NCBI GenBank assembly: GCA_022703055.1
Contig: JAKLEP010000002.1
Location: 160,480-224,479, forward strand
Reading direction: 5' to 3'
Source: Candidatus Omnitrophota bacterium
GTDB taxonomy: Bacteria > Omnitrophota > Gorgyraeia > VGKH01
DNA length: 64,000 nt
Of this stretch, positions 11,278 through 21,455 are shown piece by piece. A model generated the notes under the pieces. It was given only the letters and a program-made list of their open reading frames with translations. It did not search any database and was not told the origin of the DNA. The position numbers were made by a program, and so were the translations under genes. Each line of letters starts with the position of its first letter. The stretch's first letter is position 1.

Positions 11278-12376
11278 TTAAAACCTTTTTTAACTGTTCT
11301 GAGACAAATTTAATCTGTTTTTTATTCATGTGCGGATACATTGGCAGCGCTATAATCTCCTGGCAGACGCGTTCTGCCACTGGGAAATCTCCCTTTTTGT
11401 AATTCAATTCCTTGTATGCCTCCTGCAAATGTAAAGGCATAGGATAATAAATTGAAACGCCGATTCCTTTTTGGCGCAACTCTTCGTAAATCCTGTCCCG
11501 ATCCTTTATCCTCACAGCATAAATATGATAAACATGCGATGCATCTTTTGCGGATTGAGGCAACGTTATATTTTTCTCATCTTTTAGAAGCTGACTGTAA
11601 TATTTTGCATTTTCCTGCCGTAGTTTATTCCATTTATCTAATTTTGTCAGTTTCGCCCGCAAGATTATCGCCTGAATTGTATCCAGGCGCGAATTATAGC
11701 CTTTTATTGCATGCTCGTATCTACCCTTTCTTCCGCAATCCCTAAGCATGAAAATCTTTTGGTAGATTTTTTCGCTATCTGTAACGACCATTCCCGCATC
11801 GCCGAATGCGCCCAAGTTTTTAGTCGGATAAAAACTGAAACATCCTATATCGGCGAGCGAGCCGCATTGCTTACCTTGATACAAAGCTCCGTGCGCCTGA
11901 GCGGCATCCTCAACTACTTTCAGATTATATTCTTTGGCGATAGCTGAAATCGGCTGCATATCAGCTGATTGTCCAAAAAGATGCACCGGAATTATCGCCT
12001 TGGTGTTTTTAGTGACTGCTTTTCTGATTTTTTCAGGATCGATATTATAGGTTTTATCGTCGATATCGACAAATACCGGTTTTGCGCCGGTATAAGATAC
12101 TGCCAAGGCGGTAGCTATAAAAGTAAAAACCGGAACGATTACCTCGTCACCCTCTTTTATCCCTAAGCTCAAAAGCGAAAGAAACAAAGCGTCAGTCCCG
12201 GAATTAAGTCCAATGGCGTAATTCGTCCCGCAATGGCGGGCAAATTCTGCTTCAAACAGCTTTACGTCCTCGCCAAGTATAAAAGAACTCTTTACGAAGA
12301 GATTCTCTAAGGGTTTCTTGATATCCCTTCTAATCTCCCGATATTGAGCATTCAAATCAACAAAAGGCACATTCAT
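11270..12376 (-). CDS. DegT/DnrJ/EryC1/StrS-family PLP-dependent sugar aminotransferase
   Basis: MNVPFVDLNAQY N-terminus and SFYPTKNLGAFGDAG with the PLP lysine retained. Start is set at Met27 of the track ORF (ATG 12376, ATGA overlap). Confidence 0.85.
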   Translation of the reverse strand: MNVPFVDLNAQYREIRRDIKKPLENLFVKSSFILGEDVKLFEAEFARHCGTNYAIGLNSGTDALFLSLLSLGIKEGDEVIVPVFTFIATALAVSYTGAKPVFVDIDDKTYNIDPEKIRKAVTKNTKAIIPVHLFGQSADMQPISAIAKEYNLKVVEDAAQAHGALYQGKQCGSLADIGCFSFYPTKNLGAFGDAGMVVTDSEKIYQKIFMLRDCGRKGRYEHAIKGYNSRLDTIQAIILRAKLTKLDKWNKLRQENAKYYSQLLKDEKNITLPQSAKDASHVYHIYAVRIKDRDRIYEELRQKGIGVSIYYPMPLHLQEAYKELNYKKGDFPVAERVCQEIIALPMYPHMNKKQIKFVSEQLKKVLNG

Positions 12377-13467
12377 TGTTTTAGCAGCTCCTTGGCTGCG
12401 CCAAAAACCTCTTCTTCTCGGACATCTCGAAGACACTGCTTGTTGTTGTCGCACGGTAATAGCTTAAACCTCTGATAGCAAGGCTGACAAGCCAATCTCG
12501 TTTTTATAACTATGTGATTTTTGCTTCTCGGATAAGGCCCATAAACTTTATCGTCAACCGGGCCAAAAATCGAAACTGTCTTTGCCCCGACGGCGACGGC
12601 CAAATGCAACGGTCCGCCGTCATTGGCGATAACTAATTTAGTCTTCGCTAGTAATGCAGCAAATTGCGCAATGTCAGTTTTGCCGCAGCAGTCAATAGCA
12701 GAATTCTTCGCGCCATCAACTACTTTTAAGCAGGACTCTTTGTCTTTCAAATCTCCCATGACTAAAATTTTAAGTTTTAATTCTTCGGCTAATCTCCTGG
12801 CAACAGCTGCAAATTTCTCCGCCGGCCACTGCTTTATCGAGGCATCCTTGCCCCAGCTTGCACCACCGCCAGGGATTACAGCAACTAAAGTATCTCCAGC
12901 GATTATTCCCTGTTCTGACAAAAAACCATCAGCCCATTTTCTGGCTTCATCCGGAACGAACAAATCCAGATGGCTATCTTTATATTCAATATTTAAGAAT
13001 TTCAATAAATCGAGATAATATTCTACAACATGTTTTGCCTGGTATCCATCAATATTTATTTTATCTGTTAAGAAAACCCCGCGATTTTTATAATTAAAAC
13101 CTATCCTTTTTTTGATGCCGATCAGCCAACTAAAAAAGCTGTAATGTTTGCCCAAAGACAAATCAATCGCAGCATCAAATTTTTCTTTCTTAACTGAATT
13201 CAATAAATTATTGAATTCTTTCAGGCATTTTAATTTTGATTCTTTCCCGAGATCCCGGTAATGATCCTTCTCAAAGACAAAAACCTTGTCTATGTTAGGA
13301 TTAGCTTCTAAAATCTTAACGGTACGGATATTGCAAAGATACCCAATGTAGACATCGGGACGATTTTTCTTGAGATTTCTCACAACCGGCGTGGTAAATA
13401 AAACGTCTCCAATCCCGAAAGGATTGATAACCAACACTCTTTTTAGATTATACTCTCTTGTAGTCAT
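12373..13467 (-). CDS. GT9-family ADP-heptose:LPS heptosyltransferase
   Basis: VLVINPFGIGDVLFTTP N-terminal motif and the C-terminal NDGGPLHLAVAVG motif typical of RfaC/RfaF-like GT9 enzymes. Confidence 0.8.
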   Translation of the reverse strand: MTTREYNLKRVLVINPFGIGDVLFTTPVVRNLKKNRPDVYIGYLCNIRTVKILEANPNIDKVFVFEKDHYRDLGKESKLKCLKEFNNLLNSVKKEKFDAAIDLSLGKHYSFFSWLIGIKKRIGFNYKNRGVFLTDKINIDGYQAKHVVEYYLDLLKFLNIEYKDSHLDLFVPDEARKWADGFLSEQGIIAGDTLVAVIPGGGASWGKDASIKQWPAEKFAAVARRLAEELKLKILVMGDLKDKESCLKVVDGAKNSAIDCCGKTDIAQFAALLAKTKLVIANDGGPLHLAVAVGAKTVSIFGPVDDKVYGPYPRSKNHIVIKTRLACQPCYQRFKLLPCDNNKQCLRDVREEEVFGAAKELLKQ

Positions 13468-14863
13468 CCCTTAATCTTATGATATCATCTTCCTTGAGGT
13501 ATTTTCCTGTCTGGACCTCAACAATCTTCAGAGGCTTATTGCCCGAAGGATTTTCCAGGCGATGAACCTTGCCCGCCGGTATATAAATACTCTCGTTTGA
13601 CCTGACTAATTTAACCATTTTTCCGCAAGTCACCCTGGCAATACCCTCAACGACCACCCAGTGTTCGGCGCGCTTGCGATGAAATTGCAGACTAAGCCTC
13701 TTTTTCGGGTCTATCTCAACCAACTTCACTTTAAAATCAAAATCATATTGCAACACGATATAGCTTCCCCATGGCCGGTTGACTTTCTTATGATAAATAT
13801 ATTCCTCTCTGTTTTTATCCTTTAGGAAGTCGACAATCTTTCTGACTTTCTCGGAGTAATCCTGCTTACAGACCAAAAGCGCATCAGGGGTATCGACTAT
13901 AATCAAGTCCTTTAGACCGAGGGTTGCCACAAACCTATCTTTGCTCCAGACCAGGATATTTTTGCTATCCACGTCGTAAGAGTCGGCCTTAAGGACATTA
14001 TCGTTTTTGTCATTGCCTAAAATATCCTTCAACGCCTGCCAGCTGCCGACATCAGACCAAGCGAATCTGGCCGGTATCATCGAGACCAACTTCGATTTCT
14101 CCAAAATAGCGTAATCAATCGATATAGGAGTAATCTTTTGCCAAATTTTGGTTATATCTTTGTTTGGGTAGACTGAAATTATCTTGCTGTAAAGCGAAGG
14201 AGTATATTTCTTAATCTCGCTTAAGATGACGGATGTTTTCCAAATAAAGATTCCGCTATTCCAAAAATAATTTCTTTGTTTTAAAAATCCTTTGACCTTC
14301 TCCAAGCCTGGCTTTTCAATAAATTTATCAACTAAATAGCCTTTGGATTTTGGACTGATTTTATTTAAGGTTTTAATATATCCATATCCTGTCATGGCTT
14401 TTTGTGGCACGACGCCTAAAGTAACCAAATAACCATCATCTGCCAAGGCACTGGCATCTTTTACAGCATTAATGAATAATTTATTCTTGGATATGATATG
14501 GTCCGACGGAAGAACTATCATACTGCTATTGTGGTCTTTTAAGAAAAGATACCTTGCAGCCAACGCAATTGCCGGAGCGGTGTTCTTGCCGAGCGGTTCC
14601 AGAAAAATATTTTTATCGGGGATGCCAAACTGTTCCAATTCTTTCTTAATCTCAAACAGGTAATGCTGATTAGTGATAACACAGATATTCTTGCTGGGAA
14701 TCAATTTATTTACTCTTAAAATCGTCTGCTCAAGCAGAGTCTTATCGGAGACAACCTTCAGGAACTGTTTTGGCGCAAGCTGCCTGCTTAAAGGCCAGAA
14801 GCGGCTGCCCACACCGCCTGCCAAAATCACCGCATACAAATTATTTTCTTTATTATTTTTCAT
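13448..14863 (-). CDS. manC: Mannose-1-phosphate guanylyltransferase / mannose-6-phosphate isomerase (bifunctional type II PMI-GMP)
   Basis: AVILAGGVGSRFWPLSR nucleotidyltransferase motif and a C-terminal cupin (RPWGSY...HRKRAEHWVVVEG). Start is set at ATG 14863 (AGGAG about 10 nt upstream) rather than the TTG at 14869. Confidence 0.9.
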   Translation of the reverse strand: MKNNKENNLYAVILAGGVGSRFWPLSRQLAPKQFLKVVSDKTLLEQTILRVNKLIPSKNICVITNQHYLFEIKKELEQFGIPDKNIFLEPLGKNTAPAIALAARYLFLKDHNSSMIVLPSDHIISKNKLFINAVKDASALADDGYLVTLGVVPQKAMTGYGYIKTLNKISPKSKGYLVDKFIEKPGLEKVKGFLKQRNYFWNSGIFIWKTSVILSEIKKYTPSLYSKIISVYPNKDITKIWQKITPISIDYAILEKSKLVSMIPARFAWSDVGSWQALKDILGNDKNDNVLKADSYDVDSKNILVWSKDRFVATLGLKDLIIVDTPDALLVCKQDYSEKVRKIVDFLKDKNREEYIYHKKVNRPWGSYIVLQYDFDFKVKLVEIDPKKRLSLQFHRKRAEHWVVVEGIARVTCGKMVKLVRSNESIYIPAGKVHRLENPSGNKPLKIVEVQTGKYLKEDDIIRLRDDYKRV

Positions 14864-15705
14864 CAGCAAATTCTCCTTTTTTGTCTGAATGGGGTTTTAA
14901 ACCTCACTCTAAACCATTTTAATGGAAACCACCAATATCTTTTATTTATACTTTCCCAATCATCATAACTCAACTGATGATTCTTAATGCGATCATTCAT
15001 AACTGCGGGATGAGTCCCAAAATACGCCGGGAACCTGTTGAGATTGCCGAAATCGTAATCTTCGTTCCTTTCCTGTTTATCAAGACTAGTAAATCCTATC
15101 TTTTCGGCATTAACCCGCCTTTGGGTCATTATATCAGAAGGCTGTACCCAGCCATAATGATAAATAAAACATCCTGTTTTTTGTCGGTTCAAAGAAGCCT
15201 TGTCTTTTTTTTCGAATCCGTAGGCGTCACCAATTGACAGGATCTGGCCGTTATTTCTAATAATCCTATCCTGCTTCTGGAACCAGCCGCTGTCGACCCT
15301 ATACCTGTAATAGCTGCCATAAAAATGCAGCCAGGTAAATCTAAAAGCCTCTACCTTGGAATCATTCAAATGCTTCATCATTAGTTTCTTTAAAATCGGT
15401 AAATCTTTTTCGTGTATAACTTCATCACTCTGCAGATAAAAAGCCCAATCGCCTTTGCATTCCGATAAAGCGATATTGGTCTGATGCGACAAAACCAAAG
15501 ATTTTTCCGAAAAATCCCATTTGTTCTGGATTATTTTTATACGCGGATCATTGATAGATTTAATGAGTTCCAAAGTCCTGTCTTCCGAATCTCCGACATT
15601 GACTATGAATTCATCGCAAATCGGCAAGATCGACCGAATTGATTCCAAAATCGGATAATTAAATTTAATCGCGTTTCTGGCGATGGTAAATCCGCTTACC
15701 TTCAT
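14863..15705 (-). CDS. Glycosyltransferase-like protein (GT2-like fold, family uncertain)
   Basis: 280 aa. FTIARNAIKFNYPILESIRSILPICDEFIVNVGDSEDRTLELI resembles proteins usually annotated as family 2 glycosyltransferases. ATGA overlap with the upstream gene. Confidence 0.5.
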   Translation of the reverse strand: MKVSGFTIARNAIKFNYPILESIRSILPICDEFIVNVGDSEDRTLELIKSINDPRIKIIQNKWDFSEKSLVLSHQTNIALSECKGDWAFYLQSDEVIHEKDLPILKKLMMKHLNDSKVEAFRFTWLHFYGSYYRYRVDSGWFQKQDRIIRNNGQILSIGDAYGFEKKDKASLNRQKTGCFIYHYGWVQPSDIMTQRRVNAEKIGFTSLDKQERNEDYDFGNLNRFPAYFGTHPAVMNDRIKNHQLSYDDWESINKRYWWFPLKWFRVRFKTPFRQKRRIC

Positions 15706-16814
15706 TTGCCCGCTACCTCTCTATATACTTGCAAAGTCTTTCTTGCGGTTTCTTGCCAAGAAAATGGCCTGGATTTCTCCAAACCTTTTCTTTGCAGATC
15801 TTCCTTTAATTTGTTATCGCTCAAAATCCTTAATATGGCGCTGGAAATTTCATCGATGCTATTTGGCTCGATCAATAATGCCGCCTCTTCGCCTATCTCT
15901 TTGCATGACGAAACATTGGAAGTAATTACAGCCCTGCCGCAGCTAAAGGCCTCTAGTATAGGAAATCCAAAGCCTTCATAAAACGACGGATAGACAAAAA
16001 CATCGGCCAGATTATAAAAATTATTTAAAATATTATTGGGCTGATAATCTAAAAACATTATGTCTTTTTTATGCTTGGACTCATCATAAAGCTTAAAAAC
16101 TTTCTCGTACATCCAGCCCTTCATGCCGATTATAACTAATTTGTGCGGAATATTGTTTTTTTCTTTTAGTGCGTTGAAAGCCAAGATCAGATTACCGATA
16201 TTCTTGCGCGGCTCGATTGTACCCACAAACAGAATAAAATCTTCTTTTACCCCGAAATCGCCGACTATATTTCTGGCTTTTTGGATTTCTTGCTCAGCCA
16301 TAGGATAAAAATTATCCCTGTCAACTCCGACGTAAACCAGCTCTATCTTTTTATCGGGTACGTTGTATAATCTCTGCAAATCAGAAATCGTGCTTTTGGA
16401 ATAACAAATAATCTTATCGGCCTTGGCGATGGTATCCAAAATCTGCCTCTCAGAGCTGGCAATCGCATCTTTAGAATGGCCATAGTCAAACATCCTAAAT
16501 ATTAAATCGTGCACTGTGACGACGATTTTGGCACCTTTTATGTTCAACATGTCCTGGCTGGGAGAATGAAAAATATCTACCTTGCCTAATGTCCTATCAA
16601 GCCCTGCGCTGAATCTTTCGATTTTATGCCTTATATTCGATGCTTTAATATCGGGGAGGCTTTTGTCTCTGCTGAATAATTTTATTTTTGAGTACAGCAG
16701 AAAATCATCTTCTCTGTCTAAACTAACCAGATTCTTTACAAGATTATAAGTATACTGGCCTACGCCGGTGCGTGTCTTCTTTAATGTTGAACGTATATCT
16801 ATCGCTATCTTCAT
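15702..16814 (-). CDS. GT4-family (GT-B) glycosyltransferase
   Basis: C-terminal YPSFYEGFGFPILEAFSCGRAVITS is the E-x7-E retaining GT4 motif; 370 aa. Confidence 0.85.
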   Translation of the reverse strand: MKIAIDIRSTLKKTRTGVGQYTYNLVKNLVSLDREDDFLLYSKIKLFSRDKSLPDIKASNIRHKIERFSAGLDRTLGKVDIFHSPSQDMLNIKGAKIVVTVHDLIFRMFDYGHSKDAIASSERQILDTIAKADKIICYSKSTISDLQRLYNVPDKKIELVYVGVDRDNFYPMAEQEIQKARNIVGDFGVKEDFILFVGTIEPRKNIGNLILAFNALKEKNNIPHKLVIIGMKGWMYEKVFKLYDESKHKKDIMFLDYQPNNILNNFYNLADVFVYPSFYEGFGFPILEAFSCGRAVITSNVSSCKEIGEEAALLIEPNSIDEISSAILRILSDNKLKEDLQRKGLEKSRPFSWQETARKTLQVYREVAGK

Positions 16815-16819
16815 AAAAA

Positions 16820-17587
16820 TTAGTCTAATCCAGTCAGGCTAACAGTGACCAAGCCGCCTGCGGTAACAATTTTAATTAAAAACGGGGTCTTGTCCTTATT
16901 ATTGAAAAACCAGATTGTCAGGCGGCTTTTATGCCGCGGGCTTTTATCCGCGCGCTTGACTTCCGCTGTTACTATCCAATACCCAACTTTACCGTTGCCC
17001 AAAACCAATTCTTTATAATCTGAGACCTTGGCTATCATGATATAATTCTTCTGGTTCGTGTTGATATGGGTCTGGATTTCTTTGCCGACTTGGAATTCCT
17101 GGCTGCGCAAATAGAATATCGCGGAAATCGGATCGCGGGTATCTTCAAAAATCACTCTCTGGACGTCGCCGGTATTCATTATCTTTTGCTTATGATCGTA
17201 AACGAGCTCTCTGTTGTAATTGTATGTGCCGGGCGTTTTGACTTGCTGGATGAATTTTAAAGGGCACAAGGTCTTACTATCGACGAATGAATCGGCCTGC
17301 ATCTGGGCGTTGAAAATCTTGGAGAAATAATCCATTGTTTTAGCCGTCGCCCTGAAATGGAGCACGCTTTTTCTATCAAGCCTGTCTGTGCCGAGATCCT
17401 CGATTTTCGCCGTTGCCGCCGGAAGTATCCCGAGAAATTTTATTTTCATAGACAGAGATTTACTGTCTAGATTTTTATTGTTAAAGTTTTTAATTAGCAA
17501 GCTCGGACTATCTTTAATGATCTCTCTTAAAATTAACAAAGCCAAAATTATTAATAAAGTTACGAAAACTATCTTCATAATCCTCAT
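16820..17587 (-). CDS. DUF3108-like secreted/periplasmic protein
   Basis: N-terminal signal/anchor MRIMKIVFVTLLIILALLIL. The beta-rich body has a pattern recalled from DUF3108 proteins (tentative). Confidence 0.4.
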   Translation of the reverse strand: MRIMKIVFVTLLIILALLILREIIKDSPSLLIKNFNNKNLDSKSLSMKIKFLGILPAATAKIEDLGTDRLDRKSVLHFRATAKTMDYFSKIFNAQMQADSFVDSKTLCPLKFIQQVKTPGTYNYNRELVYDHKQKIMNTGDVQRVIFEDTRDPISAIFYLRSQEFQVGKEIQTHINTNQKNYIMIAKVSDYKELVLGNGKVGYWIVTAEVKRADKSPRHKSRLTIWFFNNKDKTPFLIKIVTAGGLVTVSLTGLD

Positions 17588-19365
17588 TTTGCCCCTCCTT
17601 CGGTTATCACTGGCTTTACTGGAGTTGCGACAACTTCGTATACTTCAATATCATCAAGATTCTTAATAAACTTAAGCCCTTTATTTCGCCTTATTTTGTC
17701 AAGTTCGACTTTTTCGCTCAATAAATTTGTTTCTTTATAGGGATTTGTGTGCACAAGCACATATTTTACCCCCATCCATTTAAGGATACCTGCAGTATCT
17801 GGCATCGAAAGCTTGTCTATCAACTGCGCCAACTCGTTTGCACGGGTACCAGGGATGGTGGCGTTTATAATCTTTTTTTGATGTATCGTCTGATGAAATT
17901 TATACATTTCATTTTGGCCGTTGGCATCCAAGGGATACTCTGCGATTATGTAATCTTTGGGCTCATTTTTTAACCAATCATAAATTTGTGGATGCACAGT
18001 AAGATCAATTACCTTAAAAGGAGGAAAATTTAGAAATTCAAAAAGAAGCAATCCTGAAAACAAACAAGTAGCCAAGATTTTAGATAGGTTGGTCTTAAAT
18101 TTCTTCAATACAATCTTAAGTCCAAAGCCAGCCAAAACCGATACTGCGAGCATTACGAGTAATCCAAATCTTGCATAAGCCCTGATCATCGGCAGAACTT
18201 TATAAATAAAAAATGACGGTAGATAGATCTTAATTGATCCGAATTTCCACCAAGGCGGCTGAGAAAACAGCCACGAAACTATAACTAATAATAGAAAATA
18301 TCCGATAAAGAATTTTTCTTCCTGATTTGATGAGTTTTTATTTCTTCTTCTCCAGAAACGAAATGCCAAAAAAGCAAATATAATAGTAGTCCAACCTAAA
18401 TAAAGTGCATGTTCAGTAAAGCTCACGCCATAAAGAAAATCACCTACGAAGTATTCTGTAAATTTACCAAAAATAGGATGCTGAGCTGAAGGCAAAAAGT
18501 AACTTAATGGCTTTGCCGACTGAGAAAATAAATCTTCGAATGGCCGGCGATAAGGATTAAAACCTGAAGCGATGCTGGAAGCAGAAAATCTTAAAGCATT
18601 CTTTATAAAAGGGAAATATTGGGGCAGCAATATCACAAACGCTAAAAGCAGTATAACTACCACTCTCTTAAAATATTTTATATCCTCTTTAAACAAACTT
18701 GGTTTTTTAAATAATTTTGTCCTCCAATTAAATAAAATTAAGTAAACCATGAAAATAATAAAAACATAGAATCCAAACAACATAATATGCAGGTCGAATG
18801 AAAATAATATTAAAATGCTGCAAAGAAATAAAACAGCCGTGGCCTTAGAAAACTTATCTTTTAGCAGGATAGCGCTTAATAAACACAAGGGAATCCATTC
18901 ATTAAGGGTTAAAGTTGGATGCTGCCATAGGCGGGCAAACTGATAAGGGCAAAAAGCAAAAGCTACGCCGCTAAATACGCCTGAGAAAATGTTTTTGGTA
19001 AGATAAAAAACAAGCATGTAGACAACTATTCCGCTTAGAAATATATTAAAAAGCAAGATTAAATTGTAAGCAATCAAAGGTGATGTGGCGATACTTAAAA
19101 TAGACATTAAAAACACATAGATATAAGGCGAATAGCCAGTAGAAAATAAATCTACTCCGGATGGATAGCCGATTAAAGTCGTATGGAGTATCGGAAGATG
19201 ATTATGAAAAGAATAATTGAGCATCCAAAACTGCCAAATGCTTCCATAAGGCTCGTCGGTAAACTGAAAACCGGGGATATGCGAATTAATTTTAAAGACG
19301 AGCGGAAAGGTCATAGCTACGGTCAAAATCGCAAAAATCAAGAAAATGAATAAATGTTTTTTCAT
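17584..19365 (-). CDS. Polytopic membrane protein, possible GT-C-type glycosyltransferase or glycan polymerase
   Basis: 593 aa with more than 10 hydrophobic segments followed by a soluble C-terminal domain. It sits inside the glycan cluster. No diagnostic motif was recognised. Confidence 0.4.
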   Translation of the reverse strand: MKKHLFIFLIFAILTVAMTFPLVFKINSHIPGFQFTDEPYGSIWQFWMLNYSFHNHLPILHTTLIGYPSGVDLFSTGYSPYIYVFLMSILSIATSPLIAYNLILLFNIFLSGIVVYMLVFYLTKNIFSGVFSGVAFAFCPYQFARLWQHPTLTLNEWIPLCLLSAILLKDKFSKATAVLFLCSILILFSFDLHIMLFGFYVFIIFMVYLILFNWRTKLFKKPSLFKEDIKYFKRVVVILLLAFVILLPQYFPFIKNALRFSASSIASGFNPYRRPFEDLFSQSAKPLSYFLPSAQHPIFGKFTEYFVGDFLYGVSFTEHALYLGWTTIIFAFLAFRFWRRRNKNSSNQEEKFFIGYFLLLVIVSWLFSQPPWWKFGSIKIYLPSFFIYKVLPMIRAYARFGLLVMLAVSVLAGFGLKIVLKKFKTNLSKILATCLFSGLLLFEFLNFPPFKVIDLTVHPQIYDWLKNEPKDYIIAEYPLDANGQNEMYKFHQTIHQKKIINATIPGTRANELAQLIDKLSMPDTAGILKWMGVKYVLVHTNPYKETNLLSEKVELDKIRRNKGLKFIKNLDDIEVYEVVATPVKPVITEGGAK

Positions 19366-19384
19366 ATTTTAATATTTCTTTCGC

Positions 19385-20557
19385 TTATGCGCTTTTTGTC
19401 AATGCCTCATCAAAAATCTTTTCCCAGCTGATGTCCGAAGCATACCTTATAGCATTTTCTCTGTATTTATAATATAATTCACCGTCGGACGTTAATTTGG
19501 TAACGGCTCTTACAAGTTCTTCCTTGTTATAGTTTATAGCAACCCCCATCGGTATTCTTTCGATCTCTTCTGCTATCCAAGGGACTCGCGTAATTATTAC
19601 TGGCAGCCCGCAGGCTAAATATTGTTTTGGCTTTCCGGGATCGGTATACCAGGTAAAACTGTCTGAATGCGGCTCGTATAATGACATGCCAACTCCACAA
19701 GTTGCCAGAGCATTTTCAACATCTTCGTGACTATCAATATAGCCCTTAAATTCAACCTGAGGCTCCAAGCTTAACTCTCTTACTTTGTTTTTAAGATACT
19801 GCTCTAGCTCTCCTGTACCAATAATAATCAATTTGATGTTCGAATTATTTGCGATTATTACCGGCAAGGAATCTATCAATAGCTCTAATCCCTGCCCCTT
19901 CCTCAGATGACCCATATAAACCAAACGATTCCTATCAATCTGGCCGGCTTCCGGCCTGTTTATCCTTTCAAAACGCACTCCTATAGGCACTACAATTTGG
20001 TTGTCAGTTCTCTTAAGCCCTTCTTTTTGCCTCGCTATGATCATCCTTGCCGATAAATTCCACACTTTATCAGAATGCTTGGCACAAAACCTATCAATCG
20101 CATGATAAATCCAGTTTAACAGTCGATTGTCAAACCGATTAGGCACATAATCAATAGTATAAAATACAACTTTTTTTACTTTACCTATTGTCCTTAATAC
20201 TATTCCTGAAAATGCATTCAACGGGTCTGCCCCTACAAACAAATCAAATTTATCAGGGCACCTAACAGTCCAACAAATAGTATAGAAAATATCCTTAAAA
20301 TACATTAAGATTGACGGCAATTCCCAATTGAAAGCTTTCCTCTTCTCGATATTTCCACTGTTATATATGTTAAAGAATGATCTTGTATCTTGAGCATAGG
20401 AAAATGGATGGCCGATAAAAAGCAAAAAATCCACTTTGTCCTTTAGATATTCCTCAAGCTCCTGGGCAGGGCCGGTAGCAAACACATGGGTGACTATCGC
20501 TACCCTATTAAATTTACTGTCGATATTTGTTTTTATACCACTCAATGGTTTTTGCAA
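19385..20557 (-). CDS. GT4-like glycosyltransferase
   Basis: 390 aa with a GT-B-like C-terminal half (LVYMGHLRKGQGLELL...GLPVIITRV). The start codon is TTG and uncertain; a second in-frame TTG lies at 20545. Confidence 0.6.
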   Translation of the reverse strand: MQKPLSGIKTNIDSKFNRVAIVTHVFATGPAQELEEYLKDKVDFLLFIGHPFSYAQDTRSFFNIYNSGNIEKRKAFNWELPSILMYFKDIFYTICWTVRCPDKFDLFVGADPLNAFSGIVLRTIGKVKKVVFYTIDYVPNRFDNRLLNWIYHAIDRFCAKHSDKVWNLSARMIIARQKEGLKRTDNQIVVPIGVRFERINRPEAGQIDRNRLVYMGHLRKGQGLELLIDSLPVIIANNSNIKLIIIGTGELEQYLKNKVRELSLEPQVEFKGYIDSHEDVENALATCGVGMSLYEPHSDSFTWYTDPGKPKQYLACGLPVIITRVPWIAEEIERIPMGVAINYNKEELVRAVTKLTSDGELYYKYRENAIRYASDISWEKIFDEALTKSA

Positions 20558-21455
20558 TCCCTTCTTGTAAATTTGTTTTTGCCTTCCATCCTAACTTCTT
20601 ACTCAAGCTCGAATCCATTAATTTGCGAGGCATACCGTCGGGAAAAGAAGAATTCCAAGTGATCTTTCCCCCAAAACCGGTCTTTTCTTTAACAATTTCA
20701 GCTAACTGCTTGATAGATACATCGCTACCCGAGCCGATGTTTAAGAATTCAGGTAAATCCTTGGCATCGTATTTTTCCATAAAATAAACGCAGGCATCCG
20801 CCAGATCTTCTACGAACAAAAACTCTCTTCTAGCCTTGCCTGTACCCCATAGTTCTATATACTTAGAATTGGAATTTTTTGCCTCAACGAATTTCCTAAT
20901 CAAACTTGATATAACATGTGAAGCCTTTGGATCAAAATTATCATTTGGTCCATAGAGGTTCGGCGGAACTAACGAGATAAAATTGGTATTATATTGCTTG
21001 TTGTAATAACTGCACAATTTTAATCCTGCGATTTTTGCGATGGCATAGCCTTCGTTAGTCGGCTCTAATTTGCCGCTTAAAAGATATTCTTCTTTCATCG
21101 GCTGGCGACACTGCCGAGGATATATACAAGAACTGCCAAGATAGAGCAATTTCTTAACCCCATGCTTATAGCTTGCATTTATAACATTCGCCTCTATCAT
21201 CAAATTATCGTATAAAAACTCTGCCGGATTTTCTATGTTAGCCTTTATGCCTCCTACTCTGGCGGCAAAATGAAAGACATATTCCGGCCTCTCTTTAGCC
21301 ATAAATTCATCTACCAATTTCTGATTGTGCAGATCGAATTCTTCAATGGTCTTAAGGATTAGATTGTTATATCCTTTCTCTCTGAGCAAATTAACCACAG
21401 ATGTCCCGACCATCCCCGTGTGGCCTGAAACATATATTCTAGCTTTTTTATCCAT
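20514..21455 (-). CDS. fcl: GDP-L-fucose synthase-family epimerase/reductase (Fcl/WcaG; could equally be a ColC-type GDP-L-colitose synthase)
   Basis: RIYVSGHTGMVGTSVVNLL N-terminus, SSCIYP, YAIAKIAG (Y-x3-K); 313 aa. It lies immediately downstream of gmd and a 3-dehydrase-like gene. Confidence 0.8.
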   Translation of the reverse strand: MDKKARIYVSGHTGMVGTSVVNLLREKGYNNLILKTIEEFDLHNQKLVDEFMAKERPEYVFHFAARVGGIKANIENPAEFLYDNLMIEANVINASYKHGVKKLLYLGSSCIYPRQCRQPMKEEYLLSGKLEPTNEGYAIAKIAGLKLCSYYNKQYNTNFISLVPPNLYGPNDNFDPKASHVISSLIRKFVEAKNSNSKYIELWGTGKARREFLFVEDLADACVYFMEKYDAKDLPEFLNIGSGSDVSIKQLAEIVKEKTGFGGKITWNSSFPDGMPRKLMDSSLSKKLGWKAKTNLQEGIAKTIEWYKNKYRQ